Shown: piece by piece, positions 54,521-57,663 of the stretch
Numbering within the stretch: the stretch's first letter is position 1
Layout: each line of letters starts with the position of its first letter
DNA from: a virus
Lineage: Duplodnaviria > Caudoviricetes
Virus record (IMG/VR): IMGVR_UViG_3300030331_004162
Location: 1-57,663 of that record
Strand: one strand, 5' to 3'
DNA: 57,663 nt
The notes under the pieces: model-generated
What the model was told of the DNA's origin: nothing
Database searches by the model: none
The model's input: only the letters and a program-made list of their open reading frames with translations
Made by a program: the position numbers and the translations under genes

Positions 54521-55299
54521 GTGCATCAAAAGCAGTAAAGAAGAAGGAAGAGGCTAATGAAATCGTACCGTTTAGCCCGGACATCTTTGAACAGGACGCC
54601 AATCTCGGCCTTGAAAACTTGGGCCAAGACGATCTGGCGTTACCTTTCCTCAAGCTTCTTAGCCGTCAGGACCCGGTGCTGGATGATCTGGACGACGCGA
54701 AAGCAGGCGATATCCTCAATACCGTATCGAATACGGTCTATTCGGGTAAAACAGGTATTCGTGTCATACCAAGTGCTTATCAGCGGCGCTTTATTGAGTG
54801 GGCTCCTCGGGGCACTGGTAGTGGCGCTCCTGTAAATATTTACACGCCGGAGGACACTCTGCCCAAAGTCGAGCGGGACCCCAACGACAATAAAGACTAT
54901 GTCGTGGGTGGGAATGGCACGTATCTGGAGGAAACACACCAGCACTTCGTAGTCATTCTTGAAGAGGACGGCACGACCTCGACTGCCTTGATACCGATGA
55001 AGTCTACGCAGTTGAAGAAAAGCCGAAGGTGGAACTCCACAATTGCCCAGCGCACTTTGGTGGGCAAGAACGGCCCGTTCACACCACCCCGTTTCAGCCA
55101 CATTTATCTGCTCAAGACTGTCTCTGAAGAGAACAGCAAGGGTAGCTGGCATGGCTGGGACATCAGCTTGGAAGGTGTCGTCGAAAACGGCGCACACTAC
55201 AAGCAAGCCAAAGAGTTTTCCGAATCCATTCTGCGCGGTGAGGTTGAAGTCAAACACACCGACGATGGCGCGGGTGCAGGAGAAGACGCACCCTTCTAA
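54517..55299 (+). CDS. putative single-stranded DNA-binding protein
   Basis: DLALPFLKLL, MKSTQLKKSRRWN, acidic tail ending EDAPF. Confidence 0.65.
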   Translation: MSASKAVKKKEEANEIVPFSPDIFEQDANLGLENLGQDDLALPFLKLLSRQDPVLDDLDDAKAGDILNTVSNTVYSGKTGIRVIPSAYQRRFIEWAPRGTGSGAPVNIYTPEDTLPKVERDPNDNKDYVVGGNGTYLEETHQHFVVILEEDGTTSTALIPMKSTQLKKSRRWNSTIAQRTLVGKNGPFTPPRFSHIYLLKTVSEENSKGSWHGWDISLEGVVENGAHYKQAKEFSESILRGEVEVKHTDDGAGAGEDAPF

Positions 55300-55342
55300 G
55301 GAAAACGGGGGCTTCGGCCCCCTTAACTTTGGCGAATAAAAA

Positions 55343-56881
55343 ATGTCTGATGCAGATCGTTTCTCGGTCATATTTGATGGCCTCAAACAAGCCTATGGCA
55401 CGTTTGAAATCGACAGAACAAGCTCTAATGGCAAATCACAAGGTAAAGCGCGAGTCATTCGCGAACCACGCACCACGGAGCATTTCCAGCAACATTTGGC
55501 TGGAGAAGGGGCAGGGATCGGGATCATCCCGATCAACGAGGACGACAAGTGCATTTGGGGTTGCATCGATATAGATGAATACCCGTTGGACCATGCAAAG
55601 TTGGTGGAGCGGATTCGCCACACTCAGATCCCTCTGGTAGTCTGTCGGTCCAAAAGCGGAGGCGCACACTGCTTCATCTTCTGCACCGATTGGGTGACCG
55701 CCAAGATCATGCAGTCCACACTTCAGCATCTAGCTAGTGGGCTGGGCTACGGCGGTAGCGAGATATTTCCGAAGCAAATCAAACTTTTTCTCGACCGAGG
55801 CGATATCGGTAACTTCCTCAATATGCCGTATTTCAATGCGGAAGAGGGGCTACGTTACGCTTTTAACGATGATGGGTCCGCCGCGACATTGCAGGAGTTC
55901 TTTGGTTTACATGCCGCGCACGTCCAGACCCCAGAGCAACTACAAGCACTCACGCAGGCTACCGTCGAAGGAACAGCGATTGTGGACGGCCCGCCCTGTC
56001 TCCAGACCTTATGTTCTCAGAAAATCAGTGAAGGGGGCCGCAACAACGGACTCTTCAGCATAGGGGTGTACTTGCGAAAAGCTTACCCCGACACGTGGCA
56101 GGACGAAATTCTCCACCACAACATGAGCTACATTGACCCGCCGTTGCCTCTAAATGAGGTAAACATTGTCGTAAAACAATTAGAGCGCAAAGATTACGCT
56201 TATCGTTGCACTGAGCCGCCCATCCAGCCCTATTGCAACCGTGAGCTATGCCAGACCCGCAAGTTTGGCATTGGAGCCGCTATCAGCGACATGGCCGTAG
56301 CAAACCTACGCAAATACAACTCCATCCCGCCCGTATGGTTCCTAGACGTGAACGGTGTACCGCTGGAACTGGACACTGACGCGCTCCAGAACCAGACCGT
56401 CTTCCAGAAAGCCTGTATCGAACAGCTTAACTTCATGCCCCAGACGATGCCCCGCCGCGGGTGGGAGGGCCGCATTAACCAGCTTATGAAGGAAATGGCT
56501 GAAACAGACGGGGCCATCATGGAGGTGAGCGAAGACGCCAGCATTAATGGACAGTTTTACGAGTTCTTGGACGAGTTCTGCACTTCTACACAAAAAGCCG
56601 AAGACAAAGAAGAAATTTTGCTCCGCCGCCCATGGGTGGACGAAGAGGGCGAGGCCGTCCATTTCAGACTCAAGGACTTTGAAGGCTTCCTGCGTAAAAA
56701 CCGCTTCAGTGAGTTTAAGACCCATAAAGTGGCCCAGCGCCTGCGGGATATCAATGGCGAGGCTGTGCAGTTAAAAATTAAGGGCAAAGCCATACGTGTG
56801 TGGCGCGTACCTTTACCGGAGACTCCTACCGGAGGACCAGAGTCCAAAAGCTTTGAACCACGGACCCCGGACCCGTTCTAA
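55343..56881 (+). CDS. AEP-superfamily primase with PriCT-like domain
   Basis: WGCIDIDEY, RSKSGGAH, GNFLNMPY, PPCL...EGGRNNGLF. Confidence 0.85.
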   Translation: MSDADRFSVIFDGLKQAYGTFEIDRTSSNGKSQGKARVIREPRTTEHFQQHLAGEGAGIGIIPINEDDKCIWGCIDIDEYPLDHAKLVERIRHTQIPLVVCRSKSGGAHCFIFCTDWVTAKIMQSTLQHLASGLGYGGSEIFPKQIKLFLDRGDIGNFLNMPYFNAEEGLRYAFNDDGSAATLQEFFGLHAAHVQTPEQLQALTQATVEGTAIVDGPPCLQTLCSQKISEGGRNNGLFSIGVYLRKAYPDTWQDEILHHNMSYIDPPLPLNEVNIVVKQLERKDYAYRCTEPPIQPYCNRELCQTRKFGIGAAISDMAVANLRKYNSIPPVWFLDVNGVPLELDTDALQNQTVFQKACIEQLNFMPQTMPRRGWEGRINQLMKEMAETDGAIMEVSEDASINGQFYEFLDEFCTSTQKAEDKEEILLRRPWVDEEGEAVHFRLKDFEGFLRKNRFSEFKTHKVAQRLRDINGEAVQLKIKGKAIRVWRVPLPETPTGGPESKSFEPRTPDPF

Positions 56882-57663
56882 TGTTCCGGATATTCGGGCC
56901 GCCCGGCACCGGCAAGACCACTACGTTGCTGAACATGGTGGAACAAACCCTCGACAAAGGTATCCCGCCCTCACAGGTGGGCTTCTTTGCGTTTACCCGT
57001 AAAGCGGCGACAGAGGCTAAAGAACGTGCCGCCAAGCGGTTTGAACTGGACCCTGACAAGGACCTGCCGTATTTTCGCACCATCCACTCTCTCGCATATC
57101 GGCTGATGGGCGTCAAAGAAACTGAGTTGATGGGTTTGCAGAATTACAAAGAGTTGTCCCAAGCCATAGGTTTTAACCTAAGTAGCTCGGCCAGCGATGA
57201 CGAGGATGTGTCGTTTAAGGCTACAGATCACCCCATCTTGCAACTCATCAACCTGTCAAAGACCAAGAAAACCGCGCTGGAGCATGAGTACAACCACTCC
57301 AACGTCAACTTCACGTGGATGGAAGTGAAGTATGTAGCGGACTCTTACGCCAACTACAAAAGCACCTTTGGCCTGATGGACTTTACAGACTTGATTATGC
57401 GTTTTGCCAAGGAAGCTGACCATCTGATGCCCCCGCTGAAGATATGCTTTCTGGATGAAGCGCAAGACCTGTCGCCCTTGCAGTGGGACATTGCTCATAA
57501 GCTGGATGAAAAGTCTGAGCGGATGTACGTGGCAGGCGATGACGATCAGGCTATTTATCGCTGGGCTGGCGCGGACGTTGACCATTTCATCAACTTGTCC
57601 GGTGATGCCGAAGTTTTAGAGCAAAGTTACCGCGTTCCCGAAGTAATTCACGTTTTAGCAGAG
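56881..57663 (+). CDS. UvrD/Rep-family SF1 helicase, N-terminal part (runs off the window)
   Basis: MFRIFGPPGTGKTT, AFTRKAA, TIHS, LDEAQDLS, AGDDDQAIYRWAGA, QSYRVP. Confidence 0.92.
   Translation, partial: MFRIFGPPGTGKTTTLLNMVEQTLDKGIPPSQVGFFAFTRKAATEAKERAAKRFELDPDKDLPYFRTIHSLAYRLMGVKETELMGLQNYKELSQAIGFNLSSSASDDEDVSFKATDHPILQLINLSKTKKTALEHEYNHSNVNFTWMEVKYVADSYANYKSTFGLMDFTDLIMRFAKEADHLMPPLKICFLDEAQDLSPLQWDIAHKLDEKSERMYVAGDDDQAIYRWAGADVDHFINLSGDAEVLEQSYRVPEVIHVLAE

Noticed and set aside
55306-55322. GGGGC-TTCG-GCCCC hairpin as a terminator
   Set aside because: A stable stem but no proper U tract; more likely an mRNA stability or processing hairpin.
54640-55386. Long antisense ORF (and similar shadow ORFs across the window)
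   Set aside because: It lies opposite well-supported plus-strand genes and has no recognisable motifs.

Overview
The window is an almost complete, circularly permuted genome of a tailed dsDNA phage, probably a marine podovirus-like phage. The gene set and order are SNF2 helicase divergent from SSB-like, AEP primase, UvrD and PolA; TerS; TerL; portal; holin and M15 endolysin; GroES; scaffold; an MCP starting MAISRAQLAKELEPGL; adaptors; fibres; a gp10-like tail protein; and large ejection proteins. This resembles the HTVC023P/CRP-901-type marine phages. That assignment comes from recalled gene content, not a database search. The UvrD gene is split across the window ends with its middle missing. 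I found no integrase, RNA polymerase, ParA/ParB, tRNA or CRISPR array. The most interesting signals are non-coding: (1) three perfect copies of the chromosomal parS palindrome TGTTCCACGTGGAACA in a phage with no par genes; (2) a promoter- and terminator-bounded ~125-nt RNA (3301-3425) whose unpaired segment is antisense to the shared leader/Shine-Dalgarno of an array of six accessory-gene cassettes at 8.4-13.7 kb; (3) that modular cassette array; (4) a second structured ncRNA candidate at ~4.65-4.76 kb; (5) a dyad-symmetric, iteron-bearing origin candidate at 7.14-7.38 kb. All protein assignments are by motif recognition and synteny only.
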